Shown here one piece after another: positions 39,464 through 50,397 of a stretch of 64,000 bases of DNA. Every line of letters starts with the position of its first letter. Position 1 is the first letter of the stretch. A model generated the notes under the pieces. The model ran no database searches, was not told the origin of the DNA, and was given only the letters and a program-made list of their open reading frames with translations. Position numbers and translations under genes: made by a program. Origin of the DNA: Alphaproteobacteria bacterium (GTDB lineage: Bacteria; Pseudomonadota; Alphaproteobacteria; SMXQ01); the NCBI GenBank assembly GCA_038145705.1, contig JAYQQF010000014.1, positions 3,881 through 67,880 of the forward strand. Direction: 5' to 3'.

Positions 39464-42175
39464 TCACCTTTCAAGGGCGTGCCGAACGGCTCGCACGAGC
39501 GTCTCCCGGGTGAACGGCTTGCGGAGAATTTCCGTGTCCTTGCCGATGATCCCGGCGCTGCGCGCGGCTTCGGCGGGAAATCCCGACATCATGAGGACCT
39601 CGATATCTGGATGTTCCGCATGGATCGCCGCCGTAAATTTCGGACCGCTTTCCCTGCCCGCGAGCATGACGTCCGAAAGAATCAGTTCGACCTTCGGGTT
39701 CGCCGCCTCGACATGACGGCGCGCGTCTTCCGTATTTGAAGCGCATAGGACCCGGTAGCCGCTTTTTTCCAGCATTCGCCTGACAAGCGAAAGGACATCC
39801 GCCATGTCCTCAAGCACGAGGATGACCTGGCCGCTGCCCTTGATCGGGTTGTTGTTCTGCCGTTCGGCGCGCACGTGGGCAGGTGCGTCGGTACGGGGCA
39901 GGAAAATGCTGACAGTCGCGCCGTTGCCCGGCTCGCTGCTGATGACGGCGGCCCCCCCCGACTGGCGGGCGAATCCGTAAACCATCGAAAGGCCGAGGCC
40001 GCTGCCCTTGCCGGCATCCTTGGTCGTGAAGAATGGCTCGAAAGCATGGGCGATGACCTCTGCAGGCATGCCGGTACCGGTATCGGTGACGTCTATGGCG
40101 ATATAATCCCCTGGCGCAAGGACGCCTTCGTCTTCGCCGCCGATAGGGCCAGGCGCGGCAGCGGAAATCTCCCGCGCTGGGATATTTCTGCACGTGATCG
40201 AAAGCGTTCCCCCCGCAGGCATCGCATCGCGGGCATTGATGGCAAGATTAAGGAGCGCGTTTTCAAGTTGCCCGGGATCGCAATTGACGAACCAGAGTCC
40301 GTCGGCGAATTCGGTTCTGATTTCGATATTGGTCGGCAGGGTACGCCGCAAAAGATCGCGCGCATGTCCGACCAGATCGGCGAGATCCACTACCTCCGGG
40401 CGCAAGGACTGGCGGCGCGCGAAAGCCAGCAGGCGTCCGGTAAGTTCGGAGCCTCGATTGACCGCGCGCAGAATGGCGTCGGCCGCGCCGCTATCCTCCA
40501 GAGGGGCAACCTGTTCCCGCAGCATTTCGCCGTTGCCCTGAATGACGGCCAGCAGATTATTGAAGTCGTGCGCAATACCGCCCGTAAGCTGGCCGACGAC
40601 TTCCAGACGCTGGGACTGCGCGAGCCGGTTTTGCGCATCACGCACTTCGGTCAGATCGGTATGAATCGTGCCGATGGCGCTCAATGCCCCGGCGGGCGAA
40701 TAGACGGGAAACTTGGTGACCAGCACAGGGTGCTTGCCGCCCGAAACGAACGAAAACTCGATTTCCCGCTCGACAGGCTTGCTGGAGGCCAACACCTCCC
40801 GGTTCATTTCGATACAGGACTCGGCCTCCCGAGCCTTGAAGACATTCTCTTCCATGGCCGCGCCGACGCCCATCGCCGATGCGCCATACCACTCCGAAAA
40901 ACGCCGATTTGCGAGAATGACATGGCCTTCGGTATCGGCAAGCATGATGCCGCTTGTCGAATGGCTCAGTATCCCTTCGAGCCGTTCCTGCAATACCGCA
41001 GTTGCTTCCCGAGCGAGGATTTCATCGGTGACTTCCGTAGCGACGCCGCGATAGCCGGCGAAACGGCCGGCCGCGTCGAAGATGGGGCGGCCGCTCAGCA
41101 TCCGGTAGCGCGCGCGCCCATCGGGTCCGTTGAAAAGCCGAAGCAGGCAATTACGGAATTCCTCGCGGCTCTCCATTTTCTTTCTGAGAACCTCGATTGA
41201 AGTGCGGGATTCCGGCGCCGTATGGATTTCCCACCAGGTTCGCCCGATGAAGTCATCATTCTTCAGCAGGCCGGAACCTCCCATCCTCTGCCAACGGTAT
41301 GTCAGCCTGTAATCGCCATCGCATTCCCACAACCGGTCCGCACCCATTTCGGCGAAATCCCTGAACCGTGCCCGGCTTTGCTCAAGCGCATCGCGGGCAG
41401 ATTTCAGCAGGGTGACATTCTGCGCGACGCCGACGGCACCCAACAGGTCGCCCTGCGCATCCCTGTCGGCGGTGAAACGGACAAGGATCCGCACCGGCTC
41501 TCCCGATTTGGCGGAAACGGAAACTTCGATCCCCTCGGACGCAGCCCCCTGGACCAATTTGAAGAGAGACTCCGACAGGGCTTTTTTCTCGTCCTCCTCC
41601 GTGAGGAGATCCGTCAACGGACGACCGATGACCCATTCCCGCGGCCAGCCGATTTCCGCAATCGCGGCATCGTTCCAGATATTGACGAGGCCCTTCGCAT
41701 CGACGCCGATGATCGGCGCGGCCGCCGCATCAAGGAATTTCCGGACCCGGCCGAAGGTTTCCCTGGTCAGGCGATAGCGCAGGTGGCTGGTCAGAATGGC
41801 GATGGCGGGCAGGGTGATGACGTTGACCGCGACGCGCGCGGCATTGGCCGGCGTGAATTCGAGGAAGGTTCCGGGCGTGGAAAAAAAATAAACGCCATAG
41901 GCGACGCCCAGCGCCGCACCAGTCAGGCCCGCCGCGTATCCCCCGATAAAGGCAGCAAAGGTAATCGCCAGGGCAGTGAAAAGCTGCGGATTGGGTACTT
42001 CAACCCCGACCATGGAGGACAACTCCAAGGCCGCGATGGTACCGGCGACCACCGCAACACCCCCGACGACCGATCCAAACCTCTCGCGCCCCATGCCAGC
42101 CCAAGGTTTCAAAGGCAAATCCAGAAAATTTTCCAAAGGGCGGCCCTGCGCCCAGGGAATTTCATTAAACGGCAT
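39464..42175 (-). CDS. hybrid sensor histidine kinase (TM region, three PAS-like units, HisKA-HATPase-receiver)
   Basis: N-terminal TM segments. H-box [39 protein letters not shown], and receiver [11 protein letters not shown]...ILSDVMLAG. The core is paralogous to the preceding gene. Confidence 0.9.
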   Translation of the reverse strand: MPFNEIPWAQGRPLENFLDLPLKPWAGMGRERFGSVVGGVAVVAGTIAALELSSMVGVEVPNPQLFTALAITFAAFIGGYAAGLTGAALGVAYGVYFFSTPGTFLEFTPANAARVAVNVITLPAIAILTSHLRYRLTRETFGRVRKFLDAAAAPIIGVDAKGLVNIWNDAAIAEIGWPREWVIGRPLTDLLTEEDEKKALSESLFKLVQGAASEGIEVSVSAKSGEPVRILVRFTADRDAQGDLLGAVGVAQNVTLLKSARDALEQSRARFRDFAEMGADRLWECDGDYRLTYRWQRMGGSGLLKNDDFIGRTWWEIHTAPESRTSIEVLRKKMESREEFRNCLLRLFNGPDGRARYRMLSGRPIFDAAGRFAGYRGVATEVTDEILAREATAVLQERLEGILSHSTSGIMLADTEGHVILANRRFSEWYGASAMGVGAAMEENVFKAREAESCIEMNREVLASSKPVEREIEFSFVSGGKHPVLVTKFPVYSPAGALSAIGTIHTDLTEVRDAQNRLAQSQRLEVVGQLTGGIAHDFNNLLAVIQGNGEMLREQVAPLEDSGAADAILRAVNRGSELTGRLLAFARRQSLRPEVVDLADLVGHARDLLRRTLPTNIEIRTEFADGLWFVNCDPGQLENALLNLAINARDAMPAGGTLSITCRNIPAREISAAAPGPIGGEDEGVLAPGDYIAIDVTDTGTGMPAEVIAHAFEPFFTTKDAGKGSGLGLSMVYGFARQSGGAAVISSEPGNGATVSIFLPRTDAPAHVRAERQNNNPIKGSGQVILVLEDMADVLSLVRRMLEKSGYRVLCASNTEDARRHVEAANPKVELILSDVMLAGRESGPKFTAAIHAEHPDIEVLMMSGFPAEAARSAGIIGKDTEILRKPFTRETLVRAVRHALER

Positions 42176-42301
42176 ATTTGTAACAATAATATTACTTTTT
42201 CGCTAGATGGGTTAAAAAGGCGATCGAATGCGTCACCCGAGGCCCGTTGGCAATTGGCCCGTGCGTATGGCACAAGAACGGGATCAAACGGAGAGTTGCT
42301 C

Positions 42302-43399
42302 ATGAATTTGCGCTTCGGCCTTTTTTCGCTGCGTCTGTGCCTTGGCCTTGTCCTGACCCTGGGAGCGATCCCGGGACTTTCGACTTTTTTGCCGTCCCCC
42401 GCGGCGGCCCAGGATACCAGCCAGCCCGATGTCGACGAAGCGGCACGCGCTGCCCAGCGCAAGGCTTTCAGCGAATGGCTGCAAGGGGTGAAGGACGAAG
42501 GGCTGAAGAAGGGCATCCGCAAGGAAACCCTGGATGCTGCACTGACCGGACTGACCCCGATCGAACGAGTTGTGCAGCTCGACCGCCGCCAGCCCGAATT
42601 CGTGCAGACTTTCGCTCAGTACATCGCGGCGCGGGTGTCGCCCTGGCGCATCAAGACCGGGCGCGAGCGCCTTGCCGAGAACCGCCATGCGCTTGAAAAA
42701 ATCGCCAGCAAATATGGGGTACAGGCCCGGTTCATTGTTGCCCTGTGGGGTATCGAAACCAGCTTCGGCCGGGCCACCGGCAGCTTTTCGGTGGTGCAGG
42801 CGCTGGCGACGCTCGCCTTCGACGGACGGCGCTCGGCCTATTTCCGTAAAGAGCTGTTCAACGCGCTTGAAATCATCGATGCCGGTCACATCAGTGCCGC
42901 GGCGATGAAGGGGTCCTGGGCCGGCGCGATGGGCCAGAACCAGTTCATGCCCTCGAGCTTTCTCGCCTACGCGGTGGACGAAGACGGCGACGGCCGCCGC
43001 GACATCTGGGGAACGCGGGCCGACGTCTTCGCGTCATCGGCCAATTACCTGCGCAAATCCGGTTGGCGCGACGACCAGACCTGGGGACGGGAAGTGCGGC
43101 TGCCGGAGGGCTTCGCCGCCAAACTCCCCGATTTGATGCCGAAATCGGCGCGTGGCTGCCGCGATCTCAAAAAGCTCAGCGTCGAAAAGACCCTGCCGCA
43201 ATGGACGGCTCTTGGCGTTCGCGCAACCGACGGCAAACCGCTGCCGAAACGACCGGACCTCAAGGCGTCCCTCGTACTGCCGGACGGCCCCGGGGGGCCG
43301 GCGCTGCTGGTCTACGGCAATTTCCGGGCGACGATGAAGTGGAACTGCTCGGTCCTGTTCGCCGCCGCCGTGGGCATGCTCGCCGACCGCCTGCGCTAA
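42302..43399 (+). CDS. lytic murein transglycosylase (MltB family)
   Basis: From ATG 42302 there is a signal peptide (MNLRFGLFSLRLCLGLVLTLG). Also RQPEF, VALWGIETSFG (catalytic Glu region) and GSWAGAMGQNQFMPSSF. Confidence 0.85.
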   Translation: MNLRFGLFSLRLCLGLVLTLGAIPGLSTFLPSPAAAQDTSQPDVDEAARAAQRKAFSEWLQGVKDEGLKKGIRKETLDAALTGLTPIERVVQLDRRQPEFVQTFAQYIAARVSPWRIKTGRERLAENRHALEKIASKYGVQARFIVALWGIETSFGRATGSFSVVQALATLAFDGRRSAYFRKELFNALEIIDAGHISAAAMKGSWAGAMGQNQFMPSSFLAYAVDEDGDGRRDIWGTRADVFASSANYLRKSGWRDDQTWGREVRLPEGFAAKLPDLMPKSARGCRDLKKLSVEKTLPQWTALGVRATDGKPLPKRPDLKASLVLPDGPGGPALLVYGNFRATMKWNCSVLFAAAVGMLADRLR

Positions 43400-43480
43400 A
43401 TCTCAGCCGTTCTTGCGGTGGCGCTGCGGGGACTATACACTCCCACATCTTCGAATGCGGGACGGTGCGACTACTAAATC

Positions 43481-44452
43481 ATGGGTATGGAAAGAAAATT
43501 CCGCGTTGTCTCCGTCGCCCTTTTGGCGCTCGGCACCCTGTCGGCCTGCTCGGAAACCAGCTTCCTGATCAATGCGAGCAAGCGCCTCGCTCACCAGAAC
43601 GACGGCGGGCAAGGTGCCTATAAAGTCGGAAATCCGTATAAAATCAATGGTGTCTGGTACTACCCTAAAGTCGATTATGAGTACTTGGAAACCGGCATCG
43701 CCTCCTGGTATGGCGCCGAATTCCACGGCAAGCCGACGGCCAATGGCGAAGTCTTCGACCAGAATGTCGTATCGGCCGCCCATCGCACGCTGCCGATGCC
43801 GAGCCTCGTTCGCGTGACCAACCTTGAGAACGGCCGCGCCATCCAGGTCCGGGTCAACGACCGCGGCCCCTTTGCTCATGGGCGCATCATCGACATGTCG
43901 CGTCAGGGCGCCCAGCTTCTGGGCTTCTATCGCAAGGGGACGGCGAAGGTCCGGGTCGAAATTCTCGCCGAGGAAAGCCGCCAGCTCGCCATGCAGGCTC
44001 GTGGCGGTCCCACCCAACTGGCCCGTGCCGAAGGCGCAAGCGACCTCGACAAGCCCCCGGTTCAGGCCGCACCGCGCCGATCGATCTCAAGTGCGCCCCT
44101 CGACGATGCCGGAGCGAAGCCGCCGGCCGCCGAACCTGTGCGTACGGCGAGCCGTGATGCCGCCCCCGCGGTCCGCACCGCGGGCCAGCGTGCCCCCGTC
44201 AGCCGGGTTCCGGTCGAGGCCACCAACATGTACATTCAGGCCGGTGCCTTTGCCGATTTCGACAACGCCAACCGGCTGCGCGCGAGGCTTTCCTCCCTCG
44301 GCTCGGCCAAGGTCACGCAGGTCCAGATCGGCGAACAGATGCTGTTTCGCGTCCGCATCGGCCCGCTCAGGGAATTGCCGTCTGCCGATGCCTTGCTCGA
44401 GCGCGTCATTCGCGCCGGCTTCGACGATGCCAAGCTGATCGTCGACCGCTGA
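43481..44452 (+). CDS. rlpA: septal-ring lytic transglycosylase RlpA with C-terminal SPOR domain
   Basis: Lipobox LGTLSAC. The DPBB core is GIASWYGAEFHGKPTANGEVFD...AAHRTLPMPSLVRVTNLENGRAIQVRVNDRGPF. The SPOR-like end is MYIQAGAFADFDNANRLRARL. Confidence 0.9.
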   Translation: MGMERKFRVVSVALLALGTLSACSETSFLINASKRLAHQNDGGQGAYKVGNPYKINGVWYYPKVDYEYLETGIASWYGAEFHGKPTANGEVFDQNVVSAAHRTLPMPSLVRVTNLENGRAIQVRVNDRGPFAHGRIIDMSRQGAQLLGFYRKGTAKVRVEILAEESRQLAMQARGGPTQLARAEGASDLDKPPVQAAPRRSISSAPLDDAGAKPPAAEPVRTASRDAAPAVRTAGQRAPVSRVPVEATNMYIQAGAFADFDNANRLRARLSSLGSAKVTQVQIGEQMLFRVRIGPLRELPSADALLERVIRAGFDDAKLIVDR

Positions 44453-44493
44453 GCAGCGGCGGCACAGATTTCAACAGGAGCCTTCGTACCGTC

Positions 44494-45648
44494 ATGAAGA
44501 TTTCGCGCAAATTCCTGTTCGCCGGGGCCGCTCTGGTCCTGGCGGCCGCCGCACCGGCGTCCGGGCAGACCATCGAGACCCTCGCGAAGCAGGCCTACAT
44601 GATCGACGCCGATACCGGCGCGGTCCTTCTCGACAAGAACGGCACACAGCTGATGCCGCCGTCCTCGATGGCCAAGATGATGACCGTCCACATCGTCTTC
44701 GACCGCATCAAGGCGGGCCGGCTGTCGCTGAAGGACGAATTCCTCGTCAGCGAGAAGGCCTGGCGCATTCAGGGCTCCAAGATGTTCGTCGAACTGGGCA
44801 AGAAGATCCCGGTCGAAGACCTCCTGCGCGGCGTCATCATCCAGTCGGGCAACGACGCGACCATCGTGCTTGCCGAAGGCATTTCCGGCGACGAAGGCGC
44901 CTTCGCCGAACTGATGAATAGCGAGGCCAAGAAAATGGGCCTCAAGGACAGCAACTTCCTCAATGCCTCGGGCTGGCCCGCGGATGGGCAGGTTGTCACC
45001 GCCCGCGATCTCGCCATTCTCGCGCTCGGCACGATCAGGGACTTTCCCGAGCTGTATAAGATGTATGCGGAAAAGAACTTCACCTGGCATGGTATCCGGC
45101 AGGGCAACCGCAATCCGCTGCTCTACATGAACATCGGGGCCGACGGCCTCAAGACCGGCCACACCGAAGCGGCGGGCTACGGCCTCACGGCCTCGGCCGT
45201 GCGCAACGGACGCCGGTTGATCCTCGTGCTCAACGGCATGAGTTCCATGCGCGAACGCTCGCAGGAATCGGCGCGCCTGATGGAGTGGGGCTTCCGCGAA
45301 TTCAACAACTATTCTCTTTTCAAGAAGGGCGATGTCGTGGACAACGCCGCCGTCTGGCTCGGCACCGAAGCGTCCGTGCCGCTCGTCATCGACCAGGACG
45401 TCAAGGTCACGCTGCCGCGCCGCGCCAGCCGCGACGCCAAGGTGTCCGTAGCCTTCAACGCGCCTGTTGCCGCGCCCATTGCCGCCGGCAAGGAGCTTGG
45501 CAAGTTGAAGATCGCGGTGCCCGGCGCCGCCGCCATCGAATTGCCGCTCAAGGCGGGCAAGGCGGTGGAGCGTCTCGGCTTCATGGGACGGCTCAACGCC
45601 GCCGTCAGTTATTTGCTGTGGGGCAGTCAGGCGAGCAAGGCCAAATGA
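44494..45648 (+). CDS. D-alanyl-D-alanine carboxypeptidase (PBP5/6 class)
   Basis: Signal peptide, plus SSMAKMMT (SxxK), QSGND (SxN) and LKTGHT (KTG). Confidence 0.9.
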   Translation: MKISRKFLFAGAALVLAAAAPASGQTIETLAKQAYMIDADTGAVLLDKNGTQLMPPSSMAKMMTVHIVFDRIKAGRLSLKDEFLVSEKAWRIQGSKMFVELGKKIPVEDLLRGVIIQSGNDATIVLAEGISGDEGAFAELMNSEAKKMGLKDSNFLNASGWPADGQVVTARDLAILALGTIRDFPELYKMYAEKNFTWHGIRQGNRNPLLYMNIGADGLKTGHTEAAGYGLTASAVRNGRRLILVLNGMSSMRERSQESARLMEWGFREFNNYSLFKKGDVVDNAAVWLGTEASVPLVIDQDVKVTLPRRASRDAKVSVAFNAPVAAPIAAGKELGKLKIAVPGAAAIELPLKAGKAVERLGFMGRLNAAVSYLLWGSQASKAK

Positions 45649-45670
45649 CTTTCCCGTTTCCGAATCGCCC

Positions 45671-46324
45671 GTGAGCACGAACGCCGCCCCGACAGGCCGC
45701 TTCATCACCCTCGAAGGCGGGGAGGGCGCGGGCAAATCGACCCAGATATCCCGCCTTGCCGCGTTCCTGCGCGAACAGGGTTGCGACGTTCTGGAAACCC
45801 GCGAGCCGGGCGGCGCCCCCGGCGCCGAGGCGATCCGGGCACTTCTCGTTTCCGGCGATACCGGACGCTGGACGCCGATGACCGAGGCGCTCCTGCATTC
45901 GGCCGCGCGCGCCGATCATCTGGCGCGCAGCGTGCGCCCGGCGCTGGCCGAAGGCAAATGGGTGGTCTGCGACCGCTTTACCGATTCGACGCTCGCCTAC
46001 CAGGGCTACGGCCACGGCATCGGCATCGATCGCATTGTCGCACTCAACGAACTGACGACCGAGGGCCTGCGCCCCGATCTCACGCTGATCCTCGACCTAT
46101 CCGTGGAAGCGGGACTGCGACGCGCCGGAACGCGCCCCGGCGCCGAGGATCGCTACGAGCGCATGGGCCGCGATTTCCATGAACGCCTGCGCGAGGGATT
46201 TCTTGCCATCGCGCGGGCAGAACCCGACCGCTGCGCGGTCATAGACGCAGCCGCCGATGTCGAAACGGTCGCTCGCGCCATCGCGCGCACCGTCACCGAA
46301 CGCCTGCTCGCGGTAAAGTCATGA
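45671..46324 (+). CDS. tmk: thymidylate kinase
   Basis: GTG start. FITLEGGEGAGKSTQ P-loop and the DRF motif region CDRFTDSTLAYQG. Confidence 0.9.
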   Translation: MSTNAAPTGRFITLEGGEGAGKSTQISRLAAFLREQGCDVLETREPGGAPGAEAIRALLVSGDTGRWTPMTEALLHSAARADHLARSVRPALAEGKWVVCDRFTDSTLAYQGYGHGIGIDRIVALNELTTEGLRPDLTLILDLSVEAGLRRAGTRPGAEDRYERMGRDFHERLREGFLAIARAEPDRCAVIDAAADVETVARAIARTVTERLLAVKS

Positions 46325-47484
46325 GCAAGGCCGGCGACGAGAGCGAAACCCCGCGCGCGCCCGAACCGCGCGCCAACCCGCATTTAGAGGGCCATGAAGC
46401 GGCCGCCGCCGAAATGCTCGCTTCGGCATCGAGCGGGCGCATCCATCATGCCTGGCTGATCACCGGGCCGCGCGGCGTCGGCAAGGCGACGCTCGCCTTC
46501 CGCTTTGCGCGTTTCCTGCTGGCCGGCGGCGGTCGCGCCGATGATGGCCCCGGCCTGTTCGGGGAAGAACCAATGCCCGGTCTCGACATGGCGCCGCAGG
46601 CACCGGTTTTCCAGCGCGTGGCCGCCGGCGGACACGCCGATCTTTTCACCCTCGAGCGCGGCTTCGTGAAGGAAGCGGGGAAGGGCAAGGCCGCCGACGA
46701 TGCCGATGATCGCAACCGGCGGCGATCCAGCGTCATCGGCGTCGACGACGTGCGCGCCGCGAACAGTTTCCTCACCCTGACTGCGATGGAAGGCGGCTGG
46801 CGCGTCGTCATCGTCGACGGCGCCGAGGACATGAACCCGTCCGCCGCCAACGCGCTGCTCAAGACTCTGGAAGAACCGCCGGCGCACGCCATTCTCCTGC
46901 TGGTAAGCCATGCGCCCGGACGCCTGCTGCCGACCATCAAGTCGAGATGCCGCCGCCTGGCGCTGGGTCGCCTGCCGCAGGAAACGGTGGAAGGCCTGAT
47001 CGAACGCTACCGCCCCGATATCGCGGGGGACGAGCGCCGCGCGCTCGCCATGATCGGCGACGGCTCCATCGGCCGCGCGCTGCAACTGGCCGATACGGGC
47101 GGCCTCGCGCTGTACGAGGAAATGATCCGCCTGCTGTCCGGCCTGCCGCAGCCCGATGTCGCGCGCCTGCACGGCGCTCTCGAAGCCATCGCGCGCACCC
47201 GCAATCCCGCCGGCGTCTATGAGGCCTACGACGTCTTTACCGACCTTCTGGCCGACTGGATGGTGCGCCAGGCCGCGGCCCGCTCGCGCGGGCTGGAACC
47301 GCCGGAAATCCTTGCCGGAGAGGGGGAGATCGCGGCCCGGCTCTGGGCCCGGGCCGGCCTTGATCAATGGTTGGAGGTGTGGGAAAAGATCACCCTTCTG
47401 TTCGGCCGGGCGGCGCGCCTCAACCTCGACCGCAAGCAGGTGCTTCTCGACGCGTTTTTCGCGCTCGGGCGCACGGCCGCCTGA
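46321..47484 (+). CDS. holB: DNA polymerase III subunit delta-prime
   Basis: The start overlaps the tmk stop (ATGA). HAWLITGPRGVGKATLAFRFARFLL, NALLKTLEEPP and TIKSRCRRL. Confidence 0.85.
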   Translation: MSKAGDESETPRAPEPRANPHLEGHEAAAAEMLASASSGRIHHAWLITGPRGVGKATLAFRFARFLLAGGGRADDGPGLFGEEPMPGLDMAPQAPVFQRVAAGGHADLFTLERGFVKEAGKGKAADDADDRNRRRSSVIGVDDVRAANSFLTLTAMEGGWRVVIVDGAEDMNPSAANALLKTLEEPPAHAILLLVSHAPGRLLPTIKSRCRRLALGRLPQETVEGLIERYRPDIAGDERRALAMIGDGSIGRALQLADTGGLALYEEMIRLLSGLPQPDVARLHGALEAIARTRNPAGVYEAYDVFTDLLADWMVRQAAARSRGLEPPEILAGEGEIAARLWARAGLDQWLEVWEKITLLFGRAARLNLDRKQVLLDAFFALGRTAA

Positions 47485-47531
47485 ACCGGCCCGCCGGGCC
47501 GGAAAACCAAGGACACGGGAACCGGGAACAC

Positions 47532-49088
47532 ATGGCGGGCGAACCGTACTACCTGACCACGCCGATCTATTACGTCAACGACGTGCCGCACATCGGCCAC
47601 GCGTATACGACGCTCGCCTGCGATGCGCTGGCGCGCTTCATGCGCCTCGACGGGCGCGACGTGTTCTTCCTGACCGGCACCGACGAACACGGCCAGAAGG
47701 TCGAACAGGCCGCCGCCGCCGCCGGCATTTCCCCGCAGGCTCTTGCCGACAAGAACTCCGCGCGCTTCCGCGATCTTGCCCGCGACATGGGCTATTCCAA
47801 CGACGATTTCATCCGCACGACGGAAGATCGCCATATCCGCGCCGTGCAGCAGCTCTGGCGCGAGTTGGTGAAGCGGGGGGAGATTTACCTCGGCAAGTAC
47901 GCGGGCTGGTATTCCGTCCGCGACGAGGCCTTCTTCGCCGAAAAGGAACTGATCAAGGGGCCGAACGGCAAGTTGCTGGCGCCGACCGGCACGGGCGCCG
48001 AAGTCGAATGGGTGGAAGAACCCAGCTATTTCTTCCGCCTGTCCGCCTGGGGCGACAGGCTGCTCAAGTTCTATGACGAGAATCCCGGTTTCATTGCGCC
48101 CGAAAGCCGGCGCAACGAAGTCATCAGCTTCGTGAAGGGCGGGCTGCAGGATCTCTCGGTTTCGCGCACCACCTTCACCTGGGGCGTACCCGTGCCCGAC
48201 GATCCCGCGCATATCATGTACGTGTGGATCGATGCGCTGACCAACTACCTGACGGCGACCGGCTACCCGGACGAAATCTCGGACGGTTACCGCAAGTACT
48301 GGCCCGCCGACCTGCACATGGTGGGCAAGGACATCCTGCGCTTTCATGCCGTCTACTGGCCCGCATTCCTGATGGGGGCGGGGATCGCACCGCCCAAGCG
48401 GGTGTTCGCGCATGGCTGGTGGACGAACGAAGGCCAGAAGATTTCGAAGTCGCTGGGCAACGTCATCGATCCCTATGACCTGGTGGCGAAGTACGGGCGC
48501 GACCAGGTGCGCTACTTCCTGCTGCGCGAAGTGCCCTTCGGCAACGATGGCGACTTCAGCCATTCGGCGATGGTGCAGCGGGCCAACGGCGACCTTGCCA
48601 ACGGCATCGGCAACCTCGCCCAGCGCACGCTGACCCTGATCCAGAAGAACTGCGAGGCCAAGGTGCCCGCGCCCGATGCGCTGAACGACACGGACAAGGC
48701 GCTGCTCGCGCGCGCGGGCAACCTGATCAACGATCTGCGTGTCCACATGACGGCGCAGGAATTCCACAAGGCATTGCAGGCCGTTCTCGCCGTGGTCAGC
48801 GAGGCCGACGGCTACATCGACGCCAACGCGCCGTGGGCGCTGCGCAAGACCGATCCCGTGCGCATGGCGACGGTTCTGTTCGTGCTGGCCGAAACGATCC
48901 GCAACATCGCCATCGTGATGCAGCCCTTCACGCCCGAAGCCGCGGGCAAGATTCTTGATCAGCTCGCCGTCGGTGGGGACGTACGCGGCTTCGACCGACT
49001 GGGCGAAGCGGGGCGACTGGTACCCGGCACCGCATTGCCGGCGCCGAGCGGCGTTTTCCCGCGCATCGACGATTCGGCCAAGGCCTGA
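47532..49088 (+). CDS. metG: methionine--tRNA ligase
   Basis: From ATG 47532: MAGEPYYLTTPIYYVNDVPHIGHAYTT (HIGH motif) and KISKSLGN (KMSKS). The listed ORF start at 47367 lies inside holB. Confidence 0.9.
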   Translation: MAGEPYYLTTPIYYVNDVPHIGHAYTTLACDALARFMRLDGRDVFFLTGTDEHGQKVEQAAAAAGISPQALADKNSARFRDLARDMGYSNDDFIRTTEDRHIRAVQQLWRELVKRGEIYLGKYAGWYSVRDEAFFAEKELIKGPNGKLLAPTGTGAEVEWVEEPSYFFRLSAWGDRLLKFYDENPGFIAPESRRNEVISFVKGGLQDLSVSRTTFTWGVPVPDDPAHIMYVWIDALTNYLTATGYPDEISDGYRKYWPADLHMVGKDILRFHAVYWPAFLMGAGIAPPKRVFAHGWWTNEGQKISKSLGNVIDPYDLVAKYGRDQVRYFLLREVPFGNDGDFSHSAMVQRANGDLANGIGNLAQRTLTLIQKNCEAKVPAPDALNDTDKALLARAGNLINDLRVHMTAQEFHKALQAVLAVVSEADGYIDANAPWALRKTDPVRMATVLFVLAETIRNIAIVMQPFTPEAAGKILDQLAVGGDVRGFDRLGEAGRLVPGTALPAPSGVFPRIDDSAKA

Positions 49089-49217
49089 ACTGATTCGGGC
49101 GATTGACGGGCTTCACGCCCCTCGGCAGACTGCCTTGCAACAAGACGGCGGGCCGTTGGCTCCATGCCGCCCCGGGGCAATCCGCCCGTCACTTCAGATC
49201 GACTGGGAGACATTTCG

Positions 49218-50336
49218 ATGCGACGCAACTTTTTCGCCGTTCCGGCGCTCACCGCCGGTGCGCTGGCTCTTTGCGCCCTGTCCGCGCCTGCGGCAAAGGC
49301 CGATGCCGTGGAGGATTTCTACAAGGGCAAGACGATCCGCATGATCATCTCGACCAGCCCGGGGGCCGGTTACGATGTCTACGCCCGTTTCATGGCGCGC
49401 CATCTCGGCCGCTACATTCCGGGCAAGCCCGCCTTCGTCAACCAGAACATGCCGGGTGCCGGGCACATGCGCGCCGGGCAGTTCATGGCCCTGCAGGCCC
49501 CTCGCGACGGCACGGCCATGGGCACGATCACCCAGGGCATGCCGTTCAGCCAGATCGCCTGGCCCGAACAGGTCAAGTTCGATACCGGCAAGTTCATCTG
49601 GATCGGCAACCCGATCGAGGACAACAACGTCACGCAGATCTGGCACACAGCCGGGATCAAGACCTTCGACGACCTGAAGGCCAAGGAAGTCGTGCTCGGC
49701 GTTTCCGGGGCGACCTCGACTTCAGGCATCTACCCGCGCGCGATGAACAACATCCTCGGCACCAAGTTCAAGATCATCGTCGGCTTCGCCGGCGGGCAGG
49801 AAATGAACCTGGCGATGGAGCGCGGCGAAACCCAGGGGCGGGGATCGAACTCGTGGTCCTCGCTCAAGGCGCTGACGCCGCATTATCTCGAAAAGAAGCT
49901 GATCACCATTCCGGTGCAGATGGGCCTCAAGCGCAAGGCGGACCTGCCCGACGTGCCGCTCCTGTGGGAGCTCGGCCGCAACGAGGCGGAGGTCCGCGTG
50001 CTCAGGCTGATGAGCGCGGTCTCGACCCTGGGCCGTCCGCTGTTCTTCCCCGAAGGCGTGCCCGCCGACCGTGTCGCCGCCGCGCGCAAGGCCTTCGACG
50101 AGGCCGTGAAGTCGAAAGAACTGCTCGACGAGGCGGCCAAGGCCAAGCTCGACATCTCGCCGGTGCCGGGCGAGGAACTGCAGAAGATCGTGCAGGAAAT
50201 GCTGAGCGTTCCCGACGACCTCAAGGCGCTGACCCGCGCCTCCATCACCAAGGGCGCCATCTTCGACTGCAAGACGCTGGTCAAGGACCAGAAGTTCTGC
50301 CAGGCGGCGAAGAAGAAAAAGAAGAAATCGACCTGA
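49218..50336 (+). CDS. Bug/TctC-family periplasmic substrate-binding protein with a poly-Lys C-terminus
   Basis: From ATG 49218 there is a signal peptide, then ADAVEDFYKGKTIRMIISTSPGAGYDVYARFMARHLGRYIPGKPAFVNQNMPGAGH. It ends CQAAKKKKKKST and is a paralogue of 30335-31435. Confidence 0.85.
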   Translation: MRRNFFAVPALTAGALALCALSAPAAKADAVEDFYKGKTIRMIISTSPGAGYDVYARFMARHLGRYIPGKPAFVNQNMPGAGHMRAGQFMALQAPRDGTAMGTITQGMPFSQIAWPEQVKFDTGKFIWIGNPIEDNNVTQIWHTAGIKTFDDLKAKEVVLGVSGATSTSGIYPRAMNNILGTKFKIIVGFAGGQEMNLAMERGETQGRGSNSWSSLKALTPHYLEKKLITIPVQMGLKRKADLPDVPLLWELGRNEAEVRVLRLMSAVSTLGRPLFFPEGVPADRVAAARKAFDEAVKSKELLDEAAKAKLDISPVPGEELQKIVQEMLSVPDDLKALTRASITKGAIFDCKTLVKDQKFCQAAKKKKKKST

Positions 50337-50356
50337 TCCGATCTGCGGGCTTTACG

Positions 50357-50392
50357 CGGCGCCTCCGGGAAACCGGGGGCGCCGTCGCTTTT
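50357..50392. terminator. strong GC hairpin between convergent genes (terminator, U-tract on + strand)
   Basis: CGGCGCCTCCGG-GAAA-CCGGGGGCGCCG is a 12-bp stem with one G-U pair, followed by TCGCTTTT. It lies between stops at 50336 (+) and 50398 (-). Confidence 0.75.
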
Positions 50393-50397
50393 CAGCT

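Noticed and set aside
41222-42301. N-terminal 360 codons of the 725-aa ORF that ends as the lytic transglycosylase
   Set aside because: This part is antisense to the hybrid kinase. The real gene starts at ATG 42302 with a signal peptide.
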